From Pirellulales bacterium (GTDB lineage Bacteria > Planctomycetota > Planctomycetia > Pirellulales > PALSA-1355), in NCBI GenBank assembly GCA_963733035.1, contig CAVTBU010000008.1, forward strand, positions 448,001 through 512,000: a DNA stretch of 64,000 nucleotides, in the 5' to 3' direction. Every line of letters begins with the position of its first letter. The first letter of the stretch is position 1. The position numbers and the translations under genes are program-made. The notes beneath the pieces were generated by a model, which saw only the letters and a list, made by a program, of their open reading frames with translations, was not told where the DNA came from and did not search any database. Below, piece after piece: positions 32,506 through 41,667 of this stretch.

Positions 32506-33731
32506 ATGCATCCTCGACCGCGTGAAACCAAGCTGGCCGCCAAGAAAAACGGAATTCTCAACGAGGTTTTCCGGCGCGGAAGCTGCTTGCGGTTCGATTT
32601 GGCGCGACGCTTGAATATCAACGCCACGATGGTCGGCCACTATGTAGAAGCCCTGGTAGCCGACGGGCTGTTGGTGGAAGGCGATCCGGCTGCGGCACCA
32701 CGTGGGCGGGCGCCGCTGCACACCAACCCCCGGCACGGCTGCTTTCTGGGGCTGGACTTCGAGGCACTGCGGGCGCGAGCCGTCTTGTGTGATTTTGCCG
32801 GCGAGGCGTTGCAGCAAAAAGAGGTCCAGTTCCGCTCCGGTATTTCGCGCGAGAGCGTGCTCAAGCAAGTCGTGGCCCTGGCCCAGCGGCTGGCCGAAAG
32901 GGCAGATCGGCCGCTGTTGTCGGTTGGTGTCGCCGCACCGGGACAGGTCGACTGCGCCAGTGGAAGAGTGCTGCACTATCGCTTGCTTCCCGACTTCGAC
33001 CAGGTACCGGTGCGTGACCGCTTCGAAGCGGTGTTCGGCCCCAAGGTATTCGTCGAGGACAATATCCGCGCGGTGGCCTACGGCGAACTTCTGCGCGGCA
33101 GCGGGCAGGGAAACGAAAACTTTCTCTGCCTGGCCATTCGATCGGGAGTGGGCCTGGGAATCGTAATCGACGGCAATCTCTACTCCGGCACGAATTCGAT
33201 GGCCGGGGAGGCGGGGTACTTTGTCTTTCCCACAGCCGAAGGTCCGCAGTTCGCCACGGATCTCGTTTCGGTGAAAGGTTTCGTTGCCTCGACGCTCAAG
33301 CTGATCAGATCGCGACAGTCTACCGAGGCCCGCCGGCTGCTAGTGGCTAAAGGCGACGACCTGATGCTTGCCGAAGTTGTGGAGGCGGCCGAGGCAGGGG
33401 ATCGCTTGTTGCGGCAACGCCTTGAGCAACTCGGCACGCACTTGGGCATGCTCGCCGCGAATCTGGCCAACCTGTTCGCCCCGGAAAAGATCGTGCTGAC
33501 CGGCGAAGTGCCGAACTGCTCGCCGTTGGTGCGCCAGCGGATGGAGCGCGCGTTTCGCCAATTCACGCTACCGACGATCCTCACCACGGCCTACTTGGAA
33601 GACGGCAGCCTCGGGGGTTTCGCCGGCGCGCTGGCGCGGCCTGGTTGGGCTTTGCCAAGACGTTTCCCGCGGACGAGGAGGTGTTGATTCGGCAAGCGAA
33701 CGAAAAACAGCAGGCCAAACAAGCTGGATGA
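32506..33731 (+). CDS. ROK family transcriptional regulator, frameshift near 33634
   Basis: N-terminal HTH (RFDLARRLNINATMV), GVAAPG, VEDNIRA..GE, SGVGLGIV..AGEAG. Restoring one G gives GALGAA and a stop at 33731. Confidence 0.88.
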
Positions 33732-33777
33732 GCACGAAACTCAAACCAATGCACGGCCGGCGAACGAGGGCAATGTC

Positions 33778-34440
33778 ATGAACTTGTTTCTAGATAGCGC
33801 GAAGGTTGACGAAATCCGGCACGCGCTCGAAATGTGGGACGTGGATGGCCTCACGACGAATCCGCGGCACATTCAAGCTGCTGGCAAACCGTTCCGCCGC
33901 GCGATTGCTGAAATCGCCGAACTATTTGCCGGCACGAATAAGCCGGTCAGCGTCGAAGTGAATCCGCATCTGACCGACTGGCGCAAGATCGTCGCCGAAG
34001 GCGTTGAGTTGAGCAAGATCTCCACGAACTTTGTGGTCAAAGTCGGGGCCAGCGAGAGCGGCTTTAAAGCTATCCGCGAACTGACCGCTCAGGGAATTCG
34101 CGTCAACGCGACGCTAATCTTTACCGTCGCACAGGCATGGCACGCGGCCCGGGCTGGTGCGGCGTATATCAGCCCGTTTGTTGGCTGGAAGGAACAATAC
34201 GGCGACGCTCCCGACACGCTGATTCCCGATCTGCGGATGATGCTGGACGCCCACGGTTACGAAGCCCAGATCATCGCCGCGGCCATCCGCAACAGCCGAC
34301 AAATCGCCGACGCCGCGACTGCCGGAGCGCACTGCGTAACCGCCAGACTGGCCGTCTATCAAGAGAGCTTCGCCAATCCTTACACCACCATGGGCGAGAA
34401 GATCTTTCAGAGCGCCTGGGACGCCACGCCAGAAAAGTAA
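33778..34440 (+). CDS. Transaldolase, sulfofructose-transaldolase (SqvA/SftT)-like
   Basis: D6, TTNPR30H, E60, Schiff-base K88, SPF134VGW137, AAA169IR171. Ordinary small transaldolases read TTNPS, SPFVGR and ASIR. Confidence 0.85.
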   Translation: MNLFLDSAKVDEIRHALEMWDVDGLTTNPRHIQAAGKPFRRAIAEIAELFAGTNKPVSVEVNPHLTDWRKIVAEGVELSKISTNFVVKVGASESGFKAIRELTAQGIRVNATLIFTVAQAWHAARAGAAYISPFVGWKEQYGDAPDTLIPDLRMMLDAHGYEAQIIAAAIRNSRQIADAATAGAHCVTARLAVYQESFANPYTTMGEKIFQSAWDATPEK

Positions 34441-34495
34441 GTGAGCGGTTCGAAACGCGTCGGTTGTGAACTCGTCATTCAAAGGGAGACACGAA

Positions 34496-35974
34496 ATGAA
34501 AGCACACGACTTCTCACGACGCGAGTTCATCAAGACCAGCGCGGCGGCCGGGGCAGCTGCCAGTTTCCTCGAAGCACCGTCGCCAGCGCGGGCCGCCGAT
34601 GCGAACCAGCGGCTGCGAATCGGCGTGATCGGCGCGGGGAACCGTGGTTTCAACACGCTCACCAAGACTCTGGTCCGACTGCGAGGTATGGGGCGAAATA
34701 TCGATCTGGTGGCAGTCGCTGACGTGTACAGCGTGCATCGCCAGCGGTTTGTCGACTTCGTCAAGGAGAAGACCAGCGTGACGCCGAGCACGTTCATTGA
34801 CTATCGCGAGCTGCTGCAGGACAAGCGCGTCGATGCCGTCGCCATCGCCACACCCGATCATTGGCATGCCAAACAGACGCTCGACGCACTGGCCGCCGGC
34901 AAACCCGTCTACTGCGAAAAGCCGATGACGCACACCGTCGACGAGGCCAAGCGAGTCGTCGCGGCATGGAAATCGAGCGGACTCGCGATGCAGGTCGGCG
35001 TGCAATCGACCAGCTTGCCGGTCTGGGACATGGCCCGCGAGATGATCGATGCCGGCAAGCTCGGCAAAGTCGTGCAGTTTCAAACGGAGTGTGCCCGCAA
35101 CGGCACGTTCGGCATGTCGCGGCACAACGTGATCACCAAGGAAATGACGCCCGAAACGGTCGACTTTCGACGCTTCCTGGGAGTCGAGGAAGGATTGGCT
35201 CCGGAAATGCCGTTCGATCGGGCGACGTTCGGACAATGGCGCTGTTACTGGCCGTTCGGCTACGGCATGTACTCCGACCTGTTCGTACACCGCGTGACTG
35301 GCATGCTGAAGGCGACTGGATTGCGAATGCCGGGCCGCGTCGTCGGCGGCGGGGGAATCTTTCTCGAATACGACGATCGCGAAGTGGCCGACGTGGCCTC
35401 GATCATCGCCGACTTCCGCGAGGGGGTGCAGGGGCTGGTTAGCAGCACGATGGTCAGCGAGGAACTGAAGTTGGACCATCTCATCCGTGGCCACTACGGA
35501 CTCTTGCGCTTCGACAAGAATTGTACCGGCGACAGCGGCAAGGGAACGTTCGAGTTCATCCCAGAACGGCCGCAAGTGACACTCGACAGCAAACTGACCC
35601 GCGAGAACTTCGAAGCCAAGGCGGAACACAATATCGTTACCACACACATGGGCAACTGGCTCGACGCGATCGACGCGGGCAAGCCCGCCATGGTCAACAA
35701 TGATCCGGAACTGGCTGCCGCGGCCGTGACGCTGGTGAACCTGGCGGTCCGCAGCTATCGCGAAGGCAAAGTGTTTCATGTCGACGCCAGCGGCAACGTC
35801 AGCGACGGCAACGGCAGTTGGGCCGCCGGTTGGGAAAAAATGTCGAAGGAGAGGGCCAAGCCGCATCACGTGCCCGGCTGGGCGGCCGGTGATACCGGCA
35901 GCGTGTTGCGTCCGCCCGACTATCAAAAACTTGCCGGCCCGTGGATCGATGGGAAACCGCCCGAGGCGTCATGA
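34496..35974 (+). CDS. Tat-exported Gfo/Idh/MocA oxidoreductase
   Basis: SRREFIK Tat motif, IGAGNRG, IATPDHWH, YCEKPM. Confidence 0.9.
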   Translation: MKAHDFSRREFIKTSAAAGAAASFLEAPSPARAADANQRLRIGVIGAGNRGFNTLTKTLVRLRGMGRNIDLVAVADVYSVHRQRFVDFVKEKTSVTPSTFIDYRELLQDKRVDAVAIATPDHWHAKQTLDALAAGKPVYCEKPMTHTVDEAKRVVAAWKSSGLAMQVGVQSTSLPVWDMAREMIDAGKLGKVVQFQTECARNGTFGMSRHNVITKEMTPETVDFRRFLGVEEGLAPEMPFDRATFGQWRCYWPFGYGMYSDLFVHRVTGMLKATGLRMPGRVVGGGGIFLEYDDREVADVASIIADFREGVQGLVSSTMVSEELKLDHLIRGHYGLLRFDKNCTGDSGKGTFEFIPERPQVTLDSKLTRENFEAKAEHNIVTTHMGNWLDAIDAGKPAMVNNDPELAAAAVTLVNLAVRSYREGKVFHVDASGNVSDGNGSWAAGWEKMSKERAKPHHVPGWAAGDTGSVLRPPDYQKLAGPWIDGKPPEAS

Positions 35975-36043
35975 CGCGGAGTGCGGTTGGTCTGCGCTTC
36001 GTGGCTGGAGAATCGTCACTTGTAACCTGTTGCATACTGAGAA

Positions 36044-37279
36044 ATGGATATCAACGCCAACTTGACGGCCGAACGTCCCACTTTTGTCACGCACCTCGAG
36101 TGCGGTCTGAAACAGGACCGCTACGAGCCGGATTGTCTGCAGGGTCTGTCAAAAGCCAATAGGCCCCTATTGGTGAAGTATGACTTGGACGCGCTCCGAG
36201 GTGCCGTGACCAAAAGTGAGTTGGCCTCGCGCCCGCCCGATCTGTGGCGGTATCGCGAGTTTCTGCCGCTTCGGCGTGCCGAGAACATCGTCAGTCTGGG
36301 CGAATGCCACACCCCGCTCATTCCACTGACGAAACTGAAGGCCGGCAGCGGGGAGCTATTCATCAAGGACGAAGGGCGACTTCCGACCGGCTCGTTCAAG
36401 GCCCGCGGTCTGTGCATGGCCGTTTCGATGCACAAGGAGTTGGGCGTCAAGAAGATCGCCATGCCCACCAACGGGAACGCCGGCGCGGCCCTGGCCGCCT
36501 ACGCCACCCGCGCAGGCATCGAAAGCCATGTCTTCTGCCCGGAAGACACGCCAGAGATCAACGTCCGCGAAATCGCAGCCCAGGGGGCGAAGGTGTGGCG
36601 GGTCAACGGTCTGATTAATGACTGCGGCCGCATCGTCGGCCAGGGCAAGGAAACCATGGGCTGGTTCGACTTCTCGACGCTCAAGGAGCCGTATCGCATC
36701 GAAGGCAAAAAGACGATGGGTTTGGAACTGGCTGATCAATTCGGTTGGAACGTGCCAGACGTGATCTTTTATCCGACCGGCGGCGGCACTGGCTTAATCG
36801 GCATGTGGAAAGCGTTCGCCGAATTGAAGGAGATCGGCTGGCAAACGGGCAAGTTGCCCCGTATGGTGGCCGTACAAGCGAGCGGCTGCGCGCCGATCGT
36901 CAAGGCCTACAACGAGGAGAGCGAGCACGCCGAGTTGTGGCAAAACGCACACACGGTCGCGGCGGGAATTCGCGTGCCGGTAGCGGTCGGCGACTTTCTC
37001 ATTTTGCGTGCGGTGCGCGAGAGTGGCGGCTTTGCGACGGCGGTCGACGATGAAGCCATTCTGGCCGCCCGCGACGAAGTCGCCCAGCGCGAAGGCTTTT
37101 TGATGTGTCCCGAAGGAGCGGCAACCTACGCAGCCTACAAGCAGGAACTCGCGAGCGGCCGCATCAGTCCCTCCGAGACGGCTGTTTTGTTCAATTGCGC
37201 GAGCGGTTTGAAATACGAACTGCCCCCCATGCCCCGGACGCTCGATTGCACACGGCCAGTTGACTACACGCAACTTTAA
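36044..37279 (+). CDS. Threonine synthase-like PLP enzyme
   Basis: SLGECHTPL, KDEGRLPTGSFKARG, TNGNAG, YRIEGKKT, YPTGGGTG. Confidence 0.88.
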   Translation: MDINANLTAERPTFVTHLECGLKQDRYEPDCLQGLSKANRPLLVKYDLDALRGAVTKSELASRPPDLWRYREFLPLRRAENIVSLGECHTPLIPLTKLKAGSGELFIKDEGRLPTGSFKARGLCMAVSMHKELGVKKIAMPTNGNAGAALAAYATRAGIESHVFCPEDTPEINVREIAAQGAKVWRVNGLINDCGRIVGQGKETMGWFDFSTLKEPYRIEGKKTMGLELADQFGWNVPDVIFYPTGGGTGLIGMWKAFAELKEIGWQTGKLPRMVAVQASGCAPIVKAYNEESEHAELWQNAHTVAAGIRVPVAVGDFLILRAVRESGGFATAVDDEAILAARDEVAQREGFLMCPEGAATYAAYKQELASGRISPSETAVLFNCASGLKYELPPMPRTLDCTRPVDYTQL

Positions 37280-37300
37280 AAAGACCCGCGAAAGGTTTTG

Positions 37301-38059
37301 ATGTACGTACCACGAATCCACAGGTTGCTGTTGGTATTAGCGATGTTGCCGAACATCGCGGCGGCTGCCGAGGCGGCGTTTCCGGGCCAGCGTAGCGAGG
37401 AACAATTGCGGCGAGACGGTTTCACGCCGCTGTTTGCTGGCAAGTCGCTCGACGCCTGGGACGTGAAACCCTGGCACGAAGGTCACTGGGTCGCGCACGA
37501 TGGCGTGATCGACTACGACGGTAAGTCCGCAAACAAGCGTGGGCAGGACGCCTCTCTGTGGACCAGGCAGGACTTCGGTGACTGCGAGCTGTATGTCGAA
37601 TGGCGATTGCCGGCCGAACCGGAAATGAAACCGCACCCCATCGTGCTCTACAACGGCGACTTCCTGATGCAGGAGGACCACCCGAGTCAGCGTGAGACGA
37701 GGATGCGGCGCGACGCCGGCGACAGTGGTCTGTACTTTCGCGGCAGCACGAAGTGCCAGGCCAACATCTGGAGCCAAGAGCTCGGCTCCGGCGAGATCAA
37801 CGGATACCGCACCGATAAGGGCATGCCGCCCGAGGTCCGCCGCGCGTGCATTCCAATCAAGCAGGCCGATCGGCCGTTGGGCGAGTGGAATGCGTTTCTG
37901 ATTACGCTGCGCGGAGACGGTATGACCACCATGCTCAATGGCGAAACGGTGATCAACGTTCCTCATCTTCCCGGTTTGCCCGAGCGTGGTCCCATCGCCC
38001 TGCAGCACCATGGCGACCCGGCGCAGTTTCGACGGATTTGGATCAAGGAGCTGGATTGA
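37301..38059 (+). CDS. DUF1080 (3-keto-glycoside hydrolase family) secreted protein
   Basis: Signal peptide, GFTPLFAGKSL..W, GDSGLYFRG, LGEWN, GPIALQHHG..FRRIWIKEL. Confidence 0.88.
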   Translation: MYVPRIHRLLLVLAMLPNIAAAAEAAFPGQRSEEQLRRDGFTPLFAGKSLDAWDVKPWHEGHWVAHDGVIDYDGKSANKRGQDASLWTRQDFGDCELYVEWRLPAEPEMKPHPIVLYNGDFLMQEDHPSQRETRMRRDAGDSGLYFRGSTKCQANIWSQELGSGEINGYRTDKGMPPEVRRACIPIKQADRPLGEWNAFLITLRGDGMTTMLNGETVINVPHLPGLPERGPIALQHHGDPAQFRRIWIKELD

Positions 38060-38060
38060 A

Positions 38061-39119
38061 ATGACGGCAGCGGCGATTCGATTCGGCCTGATAGGTTTTG
38101 GGGCGTGGGGCAAGTGCCACGCCGAGGCCATCAAGAACACGACCGGCGCGGAATTGGTGGCGATTGCCGCCAAGTCGGAGGCGACCTGCGCCGCGGCGCG
38201 CGAGGCGTTTCCAGCGGCGGCGGTTTGCTCGGACTATCACCAGCTTCTAAGTCTTCAAAATGTGGACATCGTCGATATCGTGCTGCCGAGTTTCCTGCAC
38301 CACGAGGTGGCCTCGGCGGCCCTCGAAGCCGGCAAGCACCTGCTGCTTGAAAAGCCAATGTGCCTGTCGGTTGAAGAGTGCGACGACTTGATTCGCCTCG
38401 CCAAGCGTAGCGAGCGGCTCGTGGCCGTCGGGCACGAGCTGCGCTTGTCGTCATTGTGGAGCAGGGTGAAACAAATGATTGACGAGGGGTACGTCGGCCG
38501 GCCGCAGTACGCGCTGGTCGAGTTGTCGCGCAAGCCGTACCGCCTCGGTGCCGACGGGTGGCGGTATGACATCGGTCGCGTGGGGAACTGGATCCTCGAA
38601 GAACCGATTCATTTTTTCGACCTGGCACGCTGGTACCTCGCTTCGGCCGGCGATCCGGTTTCGATTTATGCCGCCGCCAATTCGCGGCAGCCTGACCACC
38701 CTGAACTGCAGGACAACTTCAGCGCGATCGTGACGTTCGCTGGTGGCGCGTATGCCGTGGTTTCGCAGTCGCTGTCAATGTTCGAACACCATCAGACGGT
38801 CAAGGTGGCCGGTACCGAGGGATCGCTGTGGGCCAGCTGGAGCGGCGCGATGGATCGCACGCGACACCCCACGTTTTCGTTGAAGGGCTCCAATGGGGAT
38901 CAGGTTCACGAAATTCCAATTGAGAAGATCACCGGCGAAGTGTTCGAGCTGGAAGACCAGATGGCGATGCTGGTCAGTGCGATCCGCGATCACAGGCCGC
39001 TTGCGACGAGCGGCGAAGACGGCAGATGGTCCGTCGCCATGTGTGTTGCGGCCGAGCGTTCCGTCGAAACAGGGCAGCCCGTCTTGACGAGTGAAATGAC
39101 CAAGGAACCTGTGGAATGA
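38061..39119 (+). CDS. Cytoplasmic Gfo/Idh/MocA oxidoreductase
   Basis: IGFGAWG, LLEKPM, GHELR, EEPIHFFD. Confidence 0.9.
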   Translation: MTAAAIRFGLIGFGAWGKCHAEAIKNTTGAELVAIAAKSEATCAAAREAFPAAAVCSDYHQLLSLQNVDIVDIVLPSFLHHEVASAALEAGKHLLLEKPMCLSVEECDDLIRLAKRSERLVAVGHELRLSSLWSRVKQMIDEGYVGRPQYALVELSRKPYRLGADGWRYDIGRVGNWILEEPIHFFDLARWYLASAGDPVSIYAAANSRQPDHPELQDNFSAIVTFAGGAYAVVSQSLSMFEHHQTVKVAGTEGSLWASWSGAMDRTRHPTFSLKGSNGDQVHEIPIEKITGEVFELEDQMAMLVSAIRDHRPLATSGEDGRWSVAMCVAAERSVETGQPVLTSEMTKEPVE

Positions 39120-40003
39120 AGGTACAAGGCAGTAACAGCCCGGAGTGGATTTCGCGTCGCGGTTTCCTGGGCGGCGTCGTGGCCGCGACCGCCGGTTCCG
39201 CCATTACGGGCTTCTCGCTTCCCAGCCGTGCAACCGCGTCAAACGAGACGCCGCGCATCAAGAAGGCCGTCAAGTACCAGATGATCCAGGAAGATCTGCC
39301 GGTACTTGACAAATTTAAGCTGCTGGCCGACCTCGGCTTCGATGGCACGGAGATTCACGTCACGACGAAGATCGACCGCGACGAAGTCCGCCGGGCAATC
39401 GACGCGACCGGCGTGGTGGTGCATGGATTCCTCAACAGCGACAAGCCCGACCTGAAGCACGCGATTGACAGCGCGAGGTTCTATGGCGGTACGAGTGTGC
39501 TGGTGGTGGCAGGACGGGTCGACAAGGACCACGCTTACGACCAGGTTTATCGCCAGCAGCAGGAGCGAATCAAAGCCGCGCTGCCGTATGCTGAAAGCCA
39601 GGGAATCAAGCTCCTGATAGAAAATGTGTGGAACAACTTCCTACTTAGCCCTCTGGAGATGGCCCGCTTCATCGATGAGCTGGATAGCCCGGCCATTGGC
39701 GCATATTTCGACGTTGGCAACGTCGTCCGGTTCGGTTGGCCGCAGCAGTGGATTCGCATTCTCGGCAAACGGATCGGCAAGCTCGACATCAAGGAATACA
39801 GTCGCCAGAAGCAAAACAACGAGGGCCCGAGAAAAGGATTTGCCGTCGAGATCGGCGAAGGAGATTGCGACTGGCCAGCAGTACGGCAGGCACTGGTCGA
39901 CGTAGGTTACACCTCGGGCTGGGCCACCGCCGAAGTTCCCGGCGGCGACCGACAGCGGCTGGCCGACATCGCAGCGCGGATGGATCGCGTGCTGCGGTTA
40001 TGA
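39116..40003 (+). CDS. Tat-exported sugar-phosphate isomerase/epimerase (xylose isomerase-like TIM barrel)
   Basis: SRRGFLG, IENVWNNFL, YFDVGN, KLDIKEY, GEGDCDW, TAE. Confidence 0.88.
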   Translation: MKVQGSNSPEWISRRGFLGGVVAATAGSAITGFSLPSRATASNETPRIKKAVKYQMIQEDLPVLDKFKLLADLGFDGTEIHVTTKIDRDEVRRAIDATGVVVHGFLNSDKPDLKHAIDSARFYGGTSVLVVAGRVDKDHAYDQVYRQQQERIKAALPYAESQGIKLLIENVWNNFLLSPLEMARFIDELDSPAIGAYFDVGNVVRFGWPQQWIRILGKRIGKLDIKEYSRQKQNNEGPRKGFAVEIGEGDCDWPAVRQALVDVGYTSGWATAEVPGGDRQRLADIAARMDRVLRL

Positions 40004-40078
40004 CCAACACGTGAAGTCGACGTGCCATAAATCGGCGTAATGCCATTTGTTTAATCTGCGGTAGACAGCCGGACCTGA

Positions 40079-40924
40079 ATGTCACGACTACTAGAAATCC
40101 GTGAGCTGTTGAAATTGTCGCCCGCTGAAATGCAGGAGAGGGCGGGCCGCCGGCTCAAAATCTGCCCCGACATCGACTCGCTGCACCAGCACTTTGCCGA
40201 AGCGATCGCCGCGGAAATCAAGACGAACAATGCCCGGAACCGGCCGACGAAGTTGATCCTGCCGGTCGGACCGGTCGGGCAGTATCCAATTCTTGCCGAG
40301 ATCGTCAACCGCGAGGATATCAGCCTTCGGCAGTGTTGGTTCTTCATGATGGACGAGCACTGCGACGACAACGGCATCGTGCTGCCGACCGAACATCCGC
40401 TCAGCTTTCGGCACGCGTTCAACGAGCTGTTCGCAGTGCGAGTGAACGACGGCCTGATGGTTCCAGCGGAGCAAGTAATCTTTCCCGATCACCTGAACGT
40501 GCAACATCTAAAGGATCAGATCTCCGCCGCCGATGGCATCGACACAACCTACGGCGGCATTGGAATTCACGGCCACATTGCCTACAACGAGCCGGAACCG
40601 GGCGTTCGTCAGTCCGATCCCCGCCTCGTGTACCTGAACGACTTCACACGCACGATCAACGCCATCCGCGCACAAATTGGTGGCAATCTGGAAGGTCACC
40701 CGCGCAAGGGCATCACCCTCGGCATGCGTCAACTACTGGGGGCGAAACGCATTCGTCTCTATTGCCGCAACGGCATCGCGCTCGATTGGGCCAACACCGT
40801 GCTGCGACTCGCGCTGTTCGGTCAGCCGGGCGATGACTATCCGGTCACGTATATCCGTGAGCACGAGGACTATGCCATCGTGACCGATGAAGACACCGCA
40901 CGCACACCGCGTTTCGTAGTTTAG
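40079..40924 (+). CDS. NagB-like hexosamine deaminase/isomerase (atypical)
   Basis: MDEH, HPLSF, GGIGIHGHIAYNEP, ITLGMRQL, YPVT. The N-terminal loop is LPVGPVGQY. Confidence 0.82.
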   Translation: MSRLLEIRELLKLSPAEMQERAGRRLKICPDIDSLHQHFAEAIAAEIKTNNARNRPTKLILPVGPVGQYPILAEIVNREDISLRQCWFFMMDEHCDDNGIVLPTEHPLSFRHAFNELFAVRVNDGLMVPAEQVIFPDHLNVQHLKDQISAADGIDTTYGGIGIHGHIAYNEPEPGVRQSDPRLVYLNDFTRTINAIRAQIGGNLEGHPRKGITLGMRQLLGAKRIRLYCRNGIALDWANTVLRLALFGQPGDDYPVTYIREHEDYAIVTDEDTARTPRFVV

Positions 40925-40956
40925 GGGCGCGGGATCAAGGGCTAGACCAAACAAAC

Positions 40957-41667
40957 ATGAGACTCAAATTTGCTGACGAACGCGTTCTGGCCATTGTTGC
41001 CCACCCCGATGACGCCGAGCTGCTTTGCGCTGGAACTCTGGCCCGGGCCAAGGCTGACGGCGCGTCAATTGGCATCTGCGTGCTCTGTCGCGGCGACAAG
41101 GGTCAGCCGGCGGCGCCAATTGAGAATCTGGCCGAGGTTCGCAATCGAGAGATGCAGGCGGCAGCCGAGCTCTTGGGCGTGCAAGTGCTCACCGCTGGGT
41201 TTGGTGACGGAGAGTTGTTTGACTCCACCGAGGCCCGCAGAGCGGTCGTCGAGCTGGTACGGCAATTTTGCCCCACACTCGTACTGGCCCACGCGGCGAA
41301 CGACTATCACCCAGACCATCGGGCTGCGTCCGAGTTAGCGGAAGCGGCATCGTGGTTTTGTGCGTCGGCGGGGCAGAAAACCGCGTCACCGCCTCTCGAA
41401 AAACCGCCGGCTCTGTGGTGGATGGACACCGTGGAGATGATTGGGTTCGAACCGCATTTCTACGTCGACGTGACCGGATTCCTGGAACTCAAACGGCAGA
41501 TGCTTCATTGCCACCAGAGCCAGCTGGCCCGTGGGGATGACGCTGACTTTTCGCCGCTCGAGGCCGTAATGATCCGGCAATGTGAAACCCGTGGCGCTCA
41601 GGCGGGAGTTCGGGCGGCCGAGGCATTTCGACAACACGAAGCTTGGAAACGGACGAGCGCATGGTGA
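40957..41667 (+). CDS. PIG-L/LmbE family N-deacetylase
   Basis: AHPDD..GT, R..E, DYHPDH, H.SQ, AEAF. Confidence 0.92.
   Translation: MRLKFADERVLAIVAHPDDAELLCAGTLARAKADGASIGICVLCRGDKGQPAAPIENLAEVRNREMQAAAELLGVQVLTAGFGDGELFDSTEARRAVVELVRQFCPTLVLAHAANDYHPDHRAASELAEAASWFCASAGQKTASPPLEKPPALWWMDTVEMIGFEPHFYVDVTGFLELKRQMLHCHQSQLARGDDADFSPLEAVMIRQCETRGAQAGVRAAEAFRQHEAWKRTSAW

Noticed and set aside
34514..35926. Long antisense ORFs (this one, also 2403-3575, 15957-17108, 20146-21204, 47092-48099)
   Set aside because: They are shadows of well-supported genes on the opposite strand in GC-rich DNA and show no motifs.
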